64,000 bases of DNA from Anaeromyces robustus (lineage: Eukaryota), in NCBI GenBank assembly GCA_002104895.1, contig MCFG01000099.1:1-64000 (forward strand), read 5' to 3'. The position numbers and the translations under genes are program-made. Below the pieces are notes generated by a model. That model was not told where the DNA came from. It saw only the letters and a program-made list of their open reading frames with translations, and made no database searches. Of this stretch, positions 1 to 12,974 are shown one piece after another; position 1 is the first letter of the stretch; each line of letters starts with the position of its first letter.

Positions 1-59
1 ATATATATTATAATTGAAAAATATATATATATATAACTTTTTTTTTTCTTTTTACTACA

Positions 60-667
60 TTTACAGAAATCCATTCAAATGATATTTAATTAAAAAATTT
101 TGCCTAAGGATAAATTAACTCTTGGAAATTTTTCCTTTTCTTGTGACCTACCTATCGCAGGAGTTTGTGCTGCTAGACAAGTTAAGTGCTACATTTTTTG
201 TAGCACTTAACTTAACTTGAAATTTTCACATTATATTATTAAAGATCAATTTTACTTGAATTAAAATAAAATTGATAGAGAATTATAGGATAGTATGGAT
301 TTATTGGTTTTATGTATTACTATACTACTTTATACTTTCCAGTAGAACCTTCAGAGTCTTCTTTTATTGGAAATGATGACGATTACCCAAAGGAGAGTTT
401 AGTAGACACCACACTATCTTTAATTTAGATATTACCTATTTGCTTTATAATATTTTACTATTTAGAGAAGAGTGAAATTACTCTATACTGAAATTATTAT
501 AATGTCAGAAACTTATTATATTTTCTTCATATTAAATATATGCTATAGAATTCTCTATATTTTTTTAATTTATTTTACTATTTATACTAAATTTAAATGT
601 TTTAATAATTATTTATAATTAATAAAAACATGAAAGTGTATTTTCTTCCTTTAGTCTAAAAAAAAAA
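60..667 (+). mobile_element. Decayed non-LTR retrotransposon fragments ending in TAGTCT-poly(A)
   Basis: ~150-190 reads LPIAGVCAARQVKC, similar to SAICAIAQIYCF in the LINE copy at ~61810-61845. ~243-352 matches 62062-62160 (minus). The 3' end GAAAGTGTATTTTCTTCCTTTAGTCT(A)10 matches the minus-strand end at 61265-61303. Confidence 0.65.
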
Positions 668-1516
668 CTTTTCTAGGTGTTGCTCTTGTTGTGGTGAAAA
701 AAATGTAATGATTTTCTTATTGGATTTTCAACTGTAAGACTTTTAAACAAGATAGAAATACAATTATTAACTCTTAACTATATTAATAACTTATTCTTGA
801 AATTAGCCTTAACTAAACTATATGAAGATAAATCACTAGAAATATCTATGTTGTAGATTAGGATGAAGATTATGAAGATAATATCTATTACTTGATGCTT
901 AACGTTTCCCTTAATAAGCAAAAGAGAATACCAAAATATTTATAGCAAGTTATATTTTAAGAATTCTGTAAATACCAATAAAGAATACCTGATTCGAGTA
1001 AGTAGAAGGGGGAGAGAAGTTAGATGTTTTAATAACCATTGTAGCATATTTAACACTGATGTAGAATGGAGGAAAAACTACTTATCAAGATTCATCAAAA
1101 TTGCTTTTACTGTTGTGATTTATCTTATTTTCTTATTATTTTCTTATTATTATCATACCAATATTATATAAATACTTTCAATAGGTTTATTAACAATAAG
1201 AACACATTGAGTGACTTCAAAGACGTTGAAAAGATATGGCATAAAATTTATTACAATACAAATTTAAATGGTATTCCATTCGTCAAATGGGAGAGACTAG
1301 TAATTTTCTTTTTTATCTTTTTATTTATTTAATTTAATATTTTTTTAATTTGATTAATACCTGTAAAAATTTTTATTATTTTTCTGTATCTTTTATTATT
1401 TTAATTTAATTACATATCATGATATTACATATTCTTTACTTATTTATAATCATATTTCATATGTACACTACTTTTAAATTTTATTTTAAATAAAAAATAA
1501 TCCTAGTCTAAAAAAA
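668..1516 (+). mobile_element. Decayed 3' portion of LINE family A (CCHC region, ORF end, 3'UTR, poly(A))
   Basis: Colinear with the reverse complement of 63024-63725: TGTTGCTCTTGTTGTGGTGAAAAA (C-x2-C), DEDYEDNIYYLMLN, NKNT...FKDVEKI...NGIPFVKWERL, then the 3'UTR ending AATCCTAGTCT-AAAAAAA. Confidence 0.85.
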
Positions 1517-2065
1517 TAAAATGAATAATTTCATTTAATTTAATAATAAATTTGTGTAAATTTAATTATAAAAATTTTATTTTTTTTTTAATTACTAAAA
1601 AATCTAACCATTTAAATAACAATATAACCCTTTTCATTATACTACTACTATTAAAAAAAATATTTTAATATAAAACAAAAAAAATTTTATTTATATGTTA
1701 ATTAATAATTAATTAATTTTTTTTTTTTTTTTATTATTTTTTTAATATCTGTTATATTATATTTTTTTTAATAAAAATATGTATTCTTTAATACATTCAG
1801 TAATATTTATATTCTTTAATTGTAACTATAGAAAAAAATAAAAAAATAAAAAAATAAAAAAAAATAAAAAATAAAAAATAAAAATAAAATAAACTGAAAT
1901 AAATATAAAAGTTAAAAAATGAAATGAAATTTTGAAATTATAAAAAAATTTTGTCAATATATATTTTTAAATTATACAATTATAATTAATAATTATTACT
2001 ATATAATAAATATATAACTATATTTATTATTTTATTTAATTTATATAAACTTATTTGCTTGTTTG

Positions 2066-2104
<39 letters not shown>

Positions 2105-2196
2105 GTTATTATTATTATTATTATTTTTTAAACTGAATAAAAAAATATTTTTTTCTTAAAAATAATTATAAAAAAAATTTTTAATAAATTATCTGT

Positions 2197-4216
2197 CTAG
2201 TTTTTATTTTCTATTATAGCATTATATAATTTTTTAGCGGATTCTTTATCTTTAACGCGAACTGCAAATCTAATCATTTTAATTTCATCACTACCTTCTA
2301 AACGATCCATAGCATTAAAAGTAAATTGATTAGCATTAACTGGTTCATTGACAACCATTTCTTTAAATAAAGAAACATTTAAGAAAACTGAACCATTATC
2401 CATTCTACCTAATAATCTAGCTTTATTAGTTTTTTTATTTTTATTAACTTTTAAGAGACCAACACCACGTGATATATATTTTTTTTCTTCCATTGAATAG
2501 AGATGAATTTTTGCTTTGACTTCATAAACGGTATCTTCATCTTCTTCTCCAGCACCAGTAGTTAATTGAATTTGTTCAGTTGCTTCATCATCATCGTCAT
2601 TACTCTGAGCTGCAGCAATTTCATCCTTTGATGGTGGTGTAACACCAAAAGAAAAGTTTGGTTTTGGCAAAGTCTTACCTTGGTCATCTGATGAAGCATT
2701 TGCCATTTTTTGTCCAAAATTAAATGTAAATGGTTTGAAGGTTGGAATAGTTGGTTTTGATGAATTATCTTTATCATCTGGTTTTTTAAAAGTGAAAGTT
2801 GAAGCTGCTGTAGTGTTAGTAGATTCTTTTGAATCATCTTTCTTTAAATTAAAGGAAAATGCAGGCTTATTATCAGATTTATTAAATGAAAATGTTGGTG
2901 TAGTAGTAGTAGATGATTTATTATCAGTTTTATTAAATGAAAATGTTGGTGTAGTAGTAGTAGATGATTTATTATCAGTTTTATTAAATGAAAATGTTGT
3001 GGTAGTAGAGGCTGGTTTATCAGTGTTATCTTTATTTAAATTGAAAGTAAAGGCCGGTTTAGTTGTTGTAGTACTAGTACTTGAACTGTTATTTCCAAAA
3101 CCAAAAGTAAGTGGTTTAGTTTCTTTTGATTCTTCTGTTGGTTTTGTAAATGAAAATGTTTGTTTTGATGAAGTAATTGATGATTCTGGTGCAAAATTAG
3201 ATTTTGTTTCAGATATTAATGCATTTTTATTATTAGTTAAATATTTAATTACTTCATCATATTCTTTTTCAATTTCCTTTCTTTTTTCTTGATATTGACC
3301 AATGTTTAATGAAATATCAAAAACAATGTCTTCCTTAATTGATTTTGAAACAAATGATATAAAACTTTCATTTAATCCACAAATTTGTTCTGTAAATTTT
3401 TTTATTTTTTCTTTCATTTCATTATTTGTACTTGTTGTAGAATTAGTATTAGTAGAAGATGTAGTAGTTGGTACAATAGGAGATGTTGTTGATTTGAAAC
3501 TAAATGATGATAATGATGGATTATTTGAATGTTGCTTTTAATTATTTTATTTTATTTTATTTTATATTTTTAAATAAAATATATGTAAATTATTAATAAG
3601 TAATATTACATAATTAAAAATTAAATATATGAAATGTATATAACAAACTTTTAATGAAGCTCTGGAACGTCTTTTCAAAGGTTTAATTCTATTTGTTAAG
3701 TATATAAATATTTATTATTATTAAATAACAATAATATAATATTTAGATATATTTTAATATTTTAATTGTTATTATTATTATTTCAAATAAATAAAGTAAC
3801 AAATATTATCTTTTAGTGATGAAACATTTATATTAAAAATTAATTTTGCTATTAATTTATATTTTTAAGAATATATTAAAAATGAAAACATAATTACTTT
3901 CTTCTACGTAAAACATCTTCTGAAGCTCTTTTAAAAGTAGTTCCCTATTAAATATTTATGTATATATTTAATAATTATAAATAAAATGATATTTTAATAT
4001 ATATTAAATTCTTTCTCTCTCTCTCTCTTGTTTTTTTTATTTTTTTTTATTTTTTTTTTTTTTTTTTTTTTTATATTAATTTTTTAATTTAATATTAGAT
4101 AATAAATTAATTTATTAATTAATTTGTTATTTAATTACTCCAACATCTTCTTCTTCATCATCATAAGCATCGTAATTTCTATCAGTTAAGTAGTATTCTG
4201 CTTCTCTTTTTGACAT
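2197..4216 (-). CDS. NUP2: Nup2/Nup50-like nucleoporin (N-terminal Nup50 motif, FxF repeats, C-terminal RanBD1), 4 exons
   Basis: ATG at 4216 gives MSKREAEYYLTDRNYDAYDDEEEDVG (resembles the Nup50 N-terminus). Exons are ~4216-4139, 3944-3898 (GTTFKRASEDVLRRRK), ~3688-3649 and ~3536-2197, with GT-AG introns. The last exon has FSF/FTF repeats and a Ran-binding domain (GEEDEDTVYEVKAKIH...GVGLLKVNK...ARLLGRMD). Confidence 0.88.
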
Positions 4217-4397
4217 TTTGTCTTTTTTTTTTTTTTTTTTTTTTATTTAATATTCTATAAATAAATAATTGTGGTAAAATATTTTTGTGTATAGCATATA
4301 GTAAAAATAATATAAATTATACTGAAAAGAATTATGATTGGATATTTTTAAGTTGAATTTAAAAGAAATAGATTAATTAAATTAATAATATTTAATT

Positions 4398-4637
<240 letters not shown>

Positions 4638-5465
4638 ATACTAATAAAATTTATAAAGCTAAGTAATTTATTCAATATTAAGGATGATAACTTCAAATAT
4701 CATAAAAATTAATCAAAGAAAAAGGCCTTTCAAATACGTAATATATATAATATAATATAATATAATATATAATATATATAATTTTTCTTTTTTTATTTTT
4801 ATTTTTCTTTGTTTATTTATTTATTTTATTTAATGTAATAATTTATAATACATAAAGAATAAATAATATAATATTGATTGGTATTATTTTATAAAATACT
4901 TTTATTCAATAAAATAAATAAAAAATTATATAATATTATTACATTTAGGGAGCAATTTAATATTTATTTATCATTATTTATTATTATTATTATTTTTGAT
5001 ATTCATTATTTTGATTTACTATTTTATTACTTTTATTTTCATTCTACTTTTATTTTCTTTTATTGCTTTATTTTGTTTCATTTTTTTTTTTATCATTTTA
5101 GCAAATATAATATCTTTTATTGTTTTATTTTATTTTGTTTCATTTTTATTTTTATCATTTTTAGCAAATATAATATTATGCTATATATTGGGAAATTTTT
5201 ATTTCTTTATAGATTTTTGTAACAATATCCTATGTCATATTTTAGTAAACATAGTTTAATTGATTTATTGTGTATTATATTTATATATAAATAGTAAATA
5301 AGAAAATATTAAATAATATTTATCTAAAAACTATAAATATAGAAATATAATATAATATATGAAAACTTAAAATTGTATTATAAAGATCTTTAATATTGTT
5401 GTCTTTATAATTTAGAGTACACTTTTTTGTTTAAATTGTTGTTGCTTTCTAACGGGATCATTTAG

Positions 5466-6254
5466 TCAAAAATAAAGAACCATTTCATTTTCTTTCTTTT
5501 CGAATCCACATTTTTTATAGAAAGCCTATTTTTTTTTTTTTTTTAATAAATGTTTATTTAGTAAATATATATATATATATATATTTAAATAAATACTTAA
5601 TTGATAAAACTTTTTACTTACAATGTTACCATCATTACAATCTAAAATAATCTTGTAACAACCCATGGTTTTACCAATATGTTTTAAAGTTTCAATAACA
5701 CTGTTAATTATAAAAATATATAAAATATAATATTATTAAATATTTATTTGTGATTTTTACTATTTTTATTATTTTTATATTAAAAATTTATATTATATCA
5801 ATATTATTGATAGTTTTCAACATACTAGAGACCAAGACGCTTTCCACGTTGATTTTTGTCAACGACAATATCTATTTTGATTAATAAAATATTATAACAA
5901 AAATTTAATAAATGAATAAAAATTCAATAAATACAATAAATTTATAATTTTTACGAATTTTTTTTTAATATTATGAAGTTGCTTACCTTCAATGTGACCA
6001 CACTAAAATTTTAAGTATTAATGAATATTATAATATATTAATTATATAAAAGAAAAACATAAACATAATTAATTATCCATCTAATTATAAAAAGTATTAT
6101 AATATACTTTTATTATCATTATTGTCATATCATATTAGGTATTAATATAATAAACATACTAAACCAAGAGCGTGAATAAATTTTCTTTCAACAATTAAAC
6201 TATATTAAAAAATAAAATAATAAAATTAAAATTTTATTCTTATATATTTATTGA

Positions 6255-6342
<88 letters not shown>

Positions 6343-6688
6343 TAACAATAACAATGATACTTACGTTCCACTTCTACATATTTATAAAAGAAAAAGAAAA
6401 GAAAATCATGAAAAATTATATACAATTAAATGTTAGACAAATATAATTTTTATTTATTTTTTTTTTTTTTTAATTTTTAATTTGAAATATATTAAAGAAA
6501 AAAAATTGACATTTACGCAACAACTCTTTTGGATTCAACATGTTCAATGACAATACTAGCATAAGTATCTTGTCTGTCTTTTAAGTAATTGAAACGTTGT
6601 TCATAATCTTCCTTTTTAATTTCACCAACAGTAGTAAGTTGAGCTAAACAATCGAGATGACCCTTTTTTTTATTAATATTTAATACAA

Positions 6689-6737
<49 letters not shown>

Positions 6738-7103
6738 AACAAAGAATGTTATTTTATTTTATATATTTTCGAAACATTTAAATATTATAAATGAAATTGA
6801 TCTTTATTTTTATTATTTTATTATAAATTATTTATTTTCAAGGTTTAAAAATAATATGATGATCAATTCATCTCTTTTTAAGTTCTTATTATATAATACA
6901 TTACTAAGTTATAGTAATAATAATAATAATAATAGAAAAAAAAAAAAAAAAAAAAAAGAAAAAAGAAAAAATTTAAATAATATTAGTAATTAAAGTACTT
7001 TAGCATAGTCTTCAATTTCAAGTGGTCTAACACGGTAACCTTCTGGTAAACTTTTTTGAACTTCTTCAGAGATTAAATCAACAGAGCATTGATAGTTAAC
7101 CAT
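5466..7103 (-). CDS. GNA1: Glucosamine-6-phosphate N-acetyltransferase (GNAT family), 7 exons
   Basis: Spliced product: MVNYQCSVDLISEEVQKSLPEGYRVRPLEIEDYAK|GHLDCLAQLTTVG...VVA|SGT|LIVERKFIHALGL|CGHIE|DIVVDKNQRGKRLGL|VIETLKHIGKTMGCYKIILDCNDGNI|AFYKKCGFEKKENEMVLYF*. The GHIEDIVV, QRGKxLG and GCYKxILDC motifs are characteristic. Stop TGA is at 5466-5468. Not visible in the ORF track because the exons are short. Confidence 0.93.
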
Positions 7104-7313
7104 TTTTAGATTATTAATACAATTTTATTTTATTATTTTATAATGTAATGAAAATAAAAGATAAAAAAATTTTTTTTTTTTTTTTTTTTTTAAAAAAAGT
7201 TTTTATATATAATGAAATTGATAGTATACTTATAATATATTGGATAATATAAATTATTTAATATGAATATAATTATATAAATAAAAATAATGAAATAATT
7301 AAATTTATAATAC

Positions 7314-7344
<31 letters not shown>

Positions 7345-7605
7345 TATTTTACATTTATTTTTGATTTCTTTATCGTATTAATATGCATATTAAAGTACAC
7401 CCAAAAAATTTTTTAATATTACATTACTTTTAAAAACAAAAACAAAACAAGAAAAGAAAAGAAATAAAAAATTGAAAAATAAAAAAGATAATTAAATTGA
7501 ATATATAATATATACTTTACATTAATTTTATTATATATATATTTTCCTTTTTCTTTCTTTTTCTTTTTCTTTTTTTTTTTTTTTTTCATATGTATTATGA
7601 ATTTG

Positions 7606-7649
<44 letters not shown>

Positions 7650-7825
7650 AATTATTATTAATTAATTAATTGAAAATTTACAGATTAAACAAGATAAATA
7701 GATAAATATATTAACAATAACAATAAAACTAAAAAAAAAAAATAAAATAAATTTATATATTATATTATATATATAATTATTAAAAAAATAATGGTTTAAA
7801 ATTTATAATATTAATTTTTAATAAT

Positions 7826-7866
<41 letters not shown>

Positions 7867-8028
7867 TCATTATTGTAAAATAAAATAATGTTATGATAAA
7901 ATAGTACATATCATGATATCATGATAATAATCTTTTATAAATAATAAAACTATATTCAATTATATTGTATATTATATTTATTATTTATATTTATATATAT
8001 ATATTTAATAATTTCAATAATTATTAAT

Positions 8029-9242
8029 TTAATTAGATGAAAATGAATAATTATTATGTTCCTTTATTTGTTCCTTTAATAACTTTATTTCATTTTCGTA
8101 ATTTTCTTTAATATTTTTTGATTCTTCTAGTAATTTATCATATTTATCTTTAGTCATTTTTAATTCATTTTGAGTATTTAATAATTCTTTTGTAAGACGT
8201 TCAACAGTTTCCTCTAAATTTTTCATTTGTTGAACTTTTCTTTGTCTTGAACGTCTTGCAGCTTCCGTGTTTCTTTTACGCTTTAATAAGACATGTTGTT
8301 CTAAGGCAATAGGATCATTCTTTGCACTCTTTAGAGAGAATCTCGTTTTCTTTTTAATTTTTAATGGTGTATTTACAGATAATAAAGCTTTTGAATCAGA
8401 ATCTTTTTTGGAAATATTGGTCTTTTTTAATGAATCCTCTTTTAAAGTATCATTTTTTGAAGTTATTGATTCAGATTTTTGAGTTTCATTTTTTTCTTTT
8501 AATCCTTTTTCAGATTTTTGATTGTTATTTTCTTTAATTTTTTTATCCTTTTTTTTATTCTCATCTTTCTTCGTTATAGTTTTAGTTTTTGTCATTTTAG
8601 TAGTTTCTTTCTTTTCTTTGATAATACCTATATTTTTATTATTATTTTCTTTCTTAATATTTTCTTTTTGTGAAGGTGATTTTAATACTAAATCTTTTTT
8701 CTTTTCCTCTCTCTTTCCTTCTTCTTCTTTTTCTTTTTCTTCTTTTTTCTTTTCCTTTTCTTTTTCCTTTTCATACTTATATTTATTAGTACTTCCATTT
8801 TTACTTTCTTTCTTAAAACCTTTTTCATTATTATCATTTTTATTATTATTATTTAAATAATTTTCAGTTGGACTTTTTAATTTTTCATCAACTAACATAT
8901 TGTCATTATCACTATTTTTGTTTTTACTATCATTTTTTTTGTCTTCCTTTATTACTTCTTCCTTTTTCTCATATATTTCTTTTTGTATTGAATTGTTATC
9001 ACATACGATTTCATTTGTAATACTAGATGTTGGAGAAGCTGTTAAAATTGGTAATAAAGTTTTATTTTCAAGAGGATATGATTTTTCCTTAGTTAATAAT
9101 AAATTTGATTCTTGATCAATATTATTTAATGTTTTCATTATTATTTCTTTTTCATTTAAATTTTTATTTTCTTGAATTAAATTATGTTTTTGAACTTCTG
9201 TGATTATCATCTTATTTTCTTTATCTTGATTATCAATATCCA

Positions 9243-9290
<48 letters not shown>

Positions 9291-10588
9291 TTGGTTTTGT
9301 TTTAATAAATTGTGTATTAAATGATTTCATATTAGTGGCCATATAAGAATTAGAAAGTTTATTTGTTTTTTTATTAATAGTTGTTTTAATTAATGGAATG
9401 GAATTGTGCTTTGTTTTATTAATTACGTTATTAGAACCTGTAGGTATAGGGGTTACATGTTTTGTTTGATTATTTATAATATTAGAAGAATAAATCTGAT
9501 TTAAAGTTGGTGATAAAATTGGAGAGAAGAAATTATTATTAACTTTTTGATAATTTTGTGAATAAGCCATGGATGGTACTTTGGGATTGTTAATTGGTGT
9601 GGAAGAAACAGGGGTCATTAAATTATCTTGACTTACAGGAGTATAACTATTGTTATAATTTTCAGCTGGCATTAGAATAACATCGGTTAGTAATGGTGTA
9701 GTATCTTTATTACTTTTAGGACCCAGCAAAGTATTAGCAGCCATGATTTCAGCACTGTTTGAACCTGTAAGTATATTCATTTTTCCATCATTAATAGCTT
9801 TCAAATCAGAAATAGAAAGTAAAGATGAAGATACTGATAATAAATTATTATCAAAACTATTAATATATTTTGATTGTTGTTGTATAACATCAATATTTTC
9901 TTTAAATGTAGGTGTATTGATATCAGATATAAAATTTGAACTGTCTATTAATTCTGAACCAGAAAGATTACCTACTAAATTACAATTAGATAATAATTTA
10001 TTATGATTTGGTGAAATTGGAGTAATATTTCCATATACCATCATTGATTTTTGTTGAAGATTAATATCCACAGGTTCTTGAGATATATAAGGAGTATAAA
10101 CAATATTTTGTGAAAGAGGTATATCCTGAGAAGTGTTTAATTCATCCCATAATTCTTGATTGTTAAGCATTTTTGAATTATAATTAAGTGAATTTAATAC
10201 ATTTAAATCATTTCTTTGTAATTTCTTTGCCGTTGTTGCTTTTAGTAATAAATTTTGTTCATTAATAAGATTTTGATTATAATAATTTTGTACATTATTT
10301 TTTATACCCTATTTTATAATTACATATTTATAAAATATATAATATTAATTTCAAAAAAAAAAAAAAAAAATATAAAAATATAAATAAATAATAATATTTC
10401 TATTATTATATTTTACAGTATATTAAAAATATCAAAAATTAATAAATAAAAAAAAAATATTTAATATATACAAATGAATTTTGTCTATATCTGTCAGGAC
10501 TTGAATAGATTGCATAATTTAAAGTATTTGGTGAACCATCATACAATTGTGCTTGAGGTTTTCTTATGGAAGTATTATATTGTGCCAT
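8029..10588 (-). CDS. GCN4: bZIP transcription factor, Gcn4/CpcA-like, 2 coding exons
   Basis: C-terminal DPIALE...LKRKRNTEAARRSRQRKVQQMKNLEETVERL closely resembles the Gcn4 basic region/zipper (RNTEAARRSR). An upstream exon from ATG 10588 (MAQYNTSIRKP...) splices in phase 0 into the long exon (~10307-8029). Orthology versus paralogy is not established. Confidence 0.8.
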
Positions 10589-11493
10589 ATTTTTAATATC
10601 TAAAAATTAAATATATTAATTTATTTTATAATAAATATTTAATTATTTTATAATAATATTAATTTATTTAATATATGTATAGTATAAAATATATAAAATA
10701 AAATAAAATAAAACTCTTAAGTACCTTCTACATAAAAAGAATGAAAAAGAAAAAAAAAAAAGTTTTTTTTATTTATTAATAATACTTATTATTTTATAAT
10801 TATATAAATTTTGTTACTATTATTGTTGTTATATTTATATATATATTATATTTTGTATTTTATATTTTAATTTTTTAATATTGTATAAATTTAAAAAGAA
10901 AAACTAAATGTGTAAACTGATTTTTTATAATCTATAGAAATATAATTATTTTTTTGAAGTAAAAAAAAAAAATGTAACATATACTTAATATCTATATATT
11001 TTCATCTATTTTTTTTTTTTTGTTTATTTTATCAAATAAAATTTATCATATATTACTACTGAAATAAATAATTATATAAAAACAAATTTCTTATAAAATA
11101 AATTATAGAATAAAGAGTGATAAATACATTAATTAATTGTATCTCTTTTTTCTTTTGAATTTCTTTTTTTTTCTTTCCTTTCTTTCTCTTTTATTATTCT
11201 TATTATTAATTATTATTATTATTATTATTTGAAATATATTGATAGTATAATTTGTTTATATTTTTTTTTATATCAAATTTACAATAAACCATTTAGTTAT
11301 ATATATATAAACTTTTATTTGTTTGTTTATTTATTTATTTATTTATTTATTTATAAATTTAAAAAATAGAAAATATAATTGAAATAATTGAAAAATTAAA
11401 AATAAAATTAAATAATTAAAAATATATTTGCTTTATAATTTTTATAATAAAAAAATATTATATTCAGAAATAATAATTTTTTAAAAAAAAAAA

Positions 11494-11539
<46 letters not shown>

Positions 11540-12974
11540 GATGTAATTAATGTATTTTATGTGAATTTCAAGTTTTTTTGTACTATCATTTTCCAATATA
11601 TATAAGATTAAATGTATTTTTTTTTTTTTAACAAGGATGTTAAAAGTTTAATTAGTATTAATTTTAATTTTAATTATATTGAGTTTAATGCAATTAGTTA
11701 ATTAGTTATATGAACCATATACATACAAATATTAATTAATTTTTAAAATTGTAGTTATAAAAACTTTAAATAATATTAAATTTAAATTTTGACTTCTTTT
11801 GTACTACATTTGACATTAAAATATAAAATGTATAATATAACAATGTAAATGTATTATAAATAAATATAATGATTATTATATATAGTATTAATTATTATAT
11901 ATATTATTAATATAATCAAATATATATCTTTAGAAATAACATAAAAAAATTTGATGTAAATATAAATTAAATAAAAAATTTTTTTAAAAAAAAATTATTA
12001 CAACTAAATTACATTTTCATATTTTATTTTTATAGTAGTATTAATAACATAAAAGGAAAAAAAAAAAAAGAAACAATTTATCATTATATATTATGTATTA
12101 TAATATATTAATATATTCAAGAATACCAAGGTTATAATACAAGTTAATAAATACTGAAATTTTATTTTATTATATTATTAATATTTAATATAGGATTTTA
12201 ATTATTTTAATAAAATGATACTGTAGATGTTCAAAATTATTATAATAATCCAATTTTATGTAATATAGTTAAGATTAATATGAAATTTATGAAATTTTAA
12301 AATAAATATATGAATATAAGATTGATTAATATGAATTTTTAAAACTATTGAATAAAATTATTAATATTTTATTTTTAAATTTTATATATATATATTGTAA
12401 GTTTTAAAGTTTTATATAAATTTACATAACGGAGTAACTAATGTGTTATTTTTATGATTTTTTTTTTTTTTTAGTTTTTTTATAGTATTCCTTTTATTTT
12501 ATAATTTCATAATATATTAAAATATATCGTTACAAAATAAAAAATATATTCTAATAATTCTTACAACATATTACTATTTTATATTAATATATTATAGTAA
12601 TATATTAGAATATATATTAGAATTTTTATTTTAAAAAATTAATAATTCCAAAAATGGATAATAATATATTAAAATCTTTAATATAATAATATAAATAATT
12701 TAATTAATATAGTTTAAGAAATTTCTACATAACTTTTTTTTTTTTTATAGCCAATAAAATAATTTTTAAATGTATTGATACAATATAAAATTCTATATAA
12801 TACAATATATTATAAATTATATAGCCATTATAAAATAAAATATATATGTTATAATAACCTAAAAATCTTTATATTTTATTTATCATATTATTGTCTAAAA
12901 TTGAATTTTATGGCTTGTTTAATTAAATGTCAATTATAATGTGTTTTTTCATTACAAAATCAAAAAAAATGGGA

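Noticed and set aside
1066..1332. 88-aa ORF as a host gene
   Set aside because: It is a frameshifted remnant of the LINE family A ORF end.
2735..3541. Plus-strand ORFs overlapping the nucleoporin (likewise 8267-10006, 35713-36115, 49416-51803)
   Set aside because: They are antisense shadows of real genes, with no independent protein signature.
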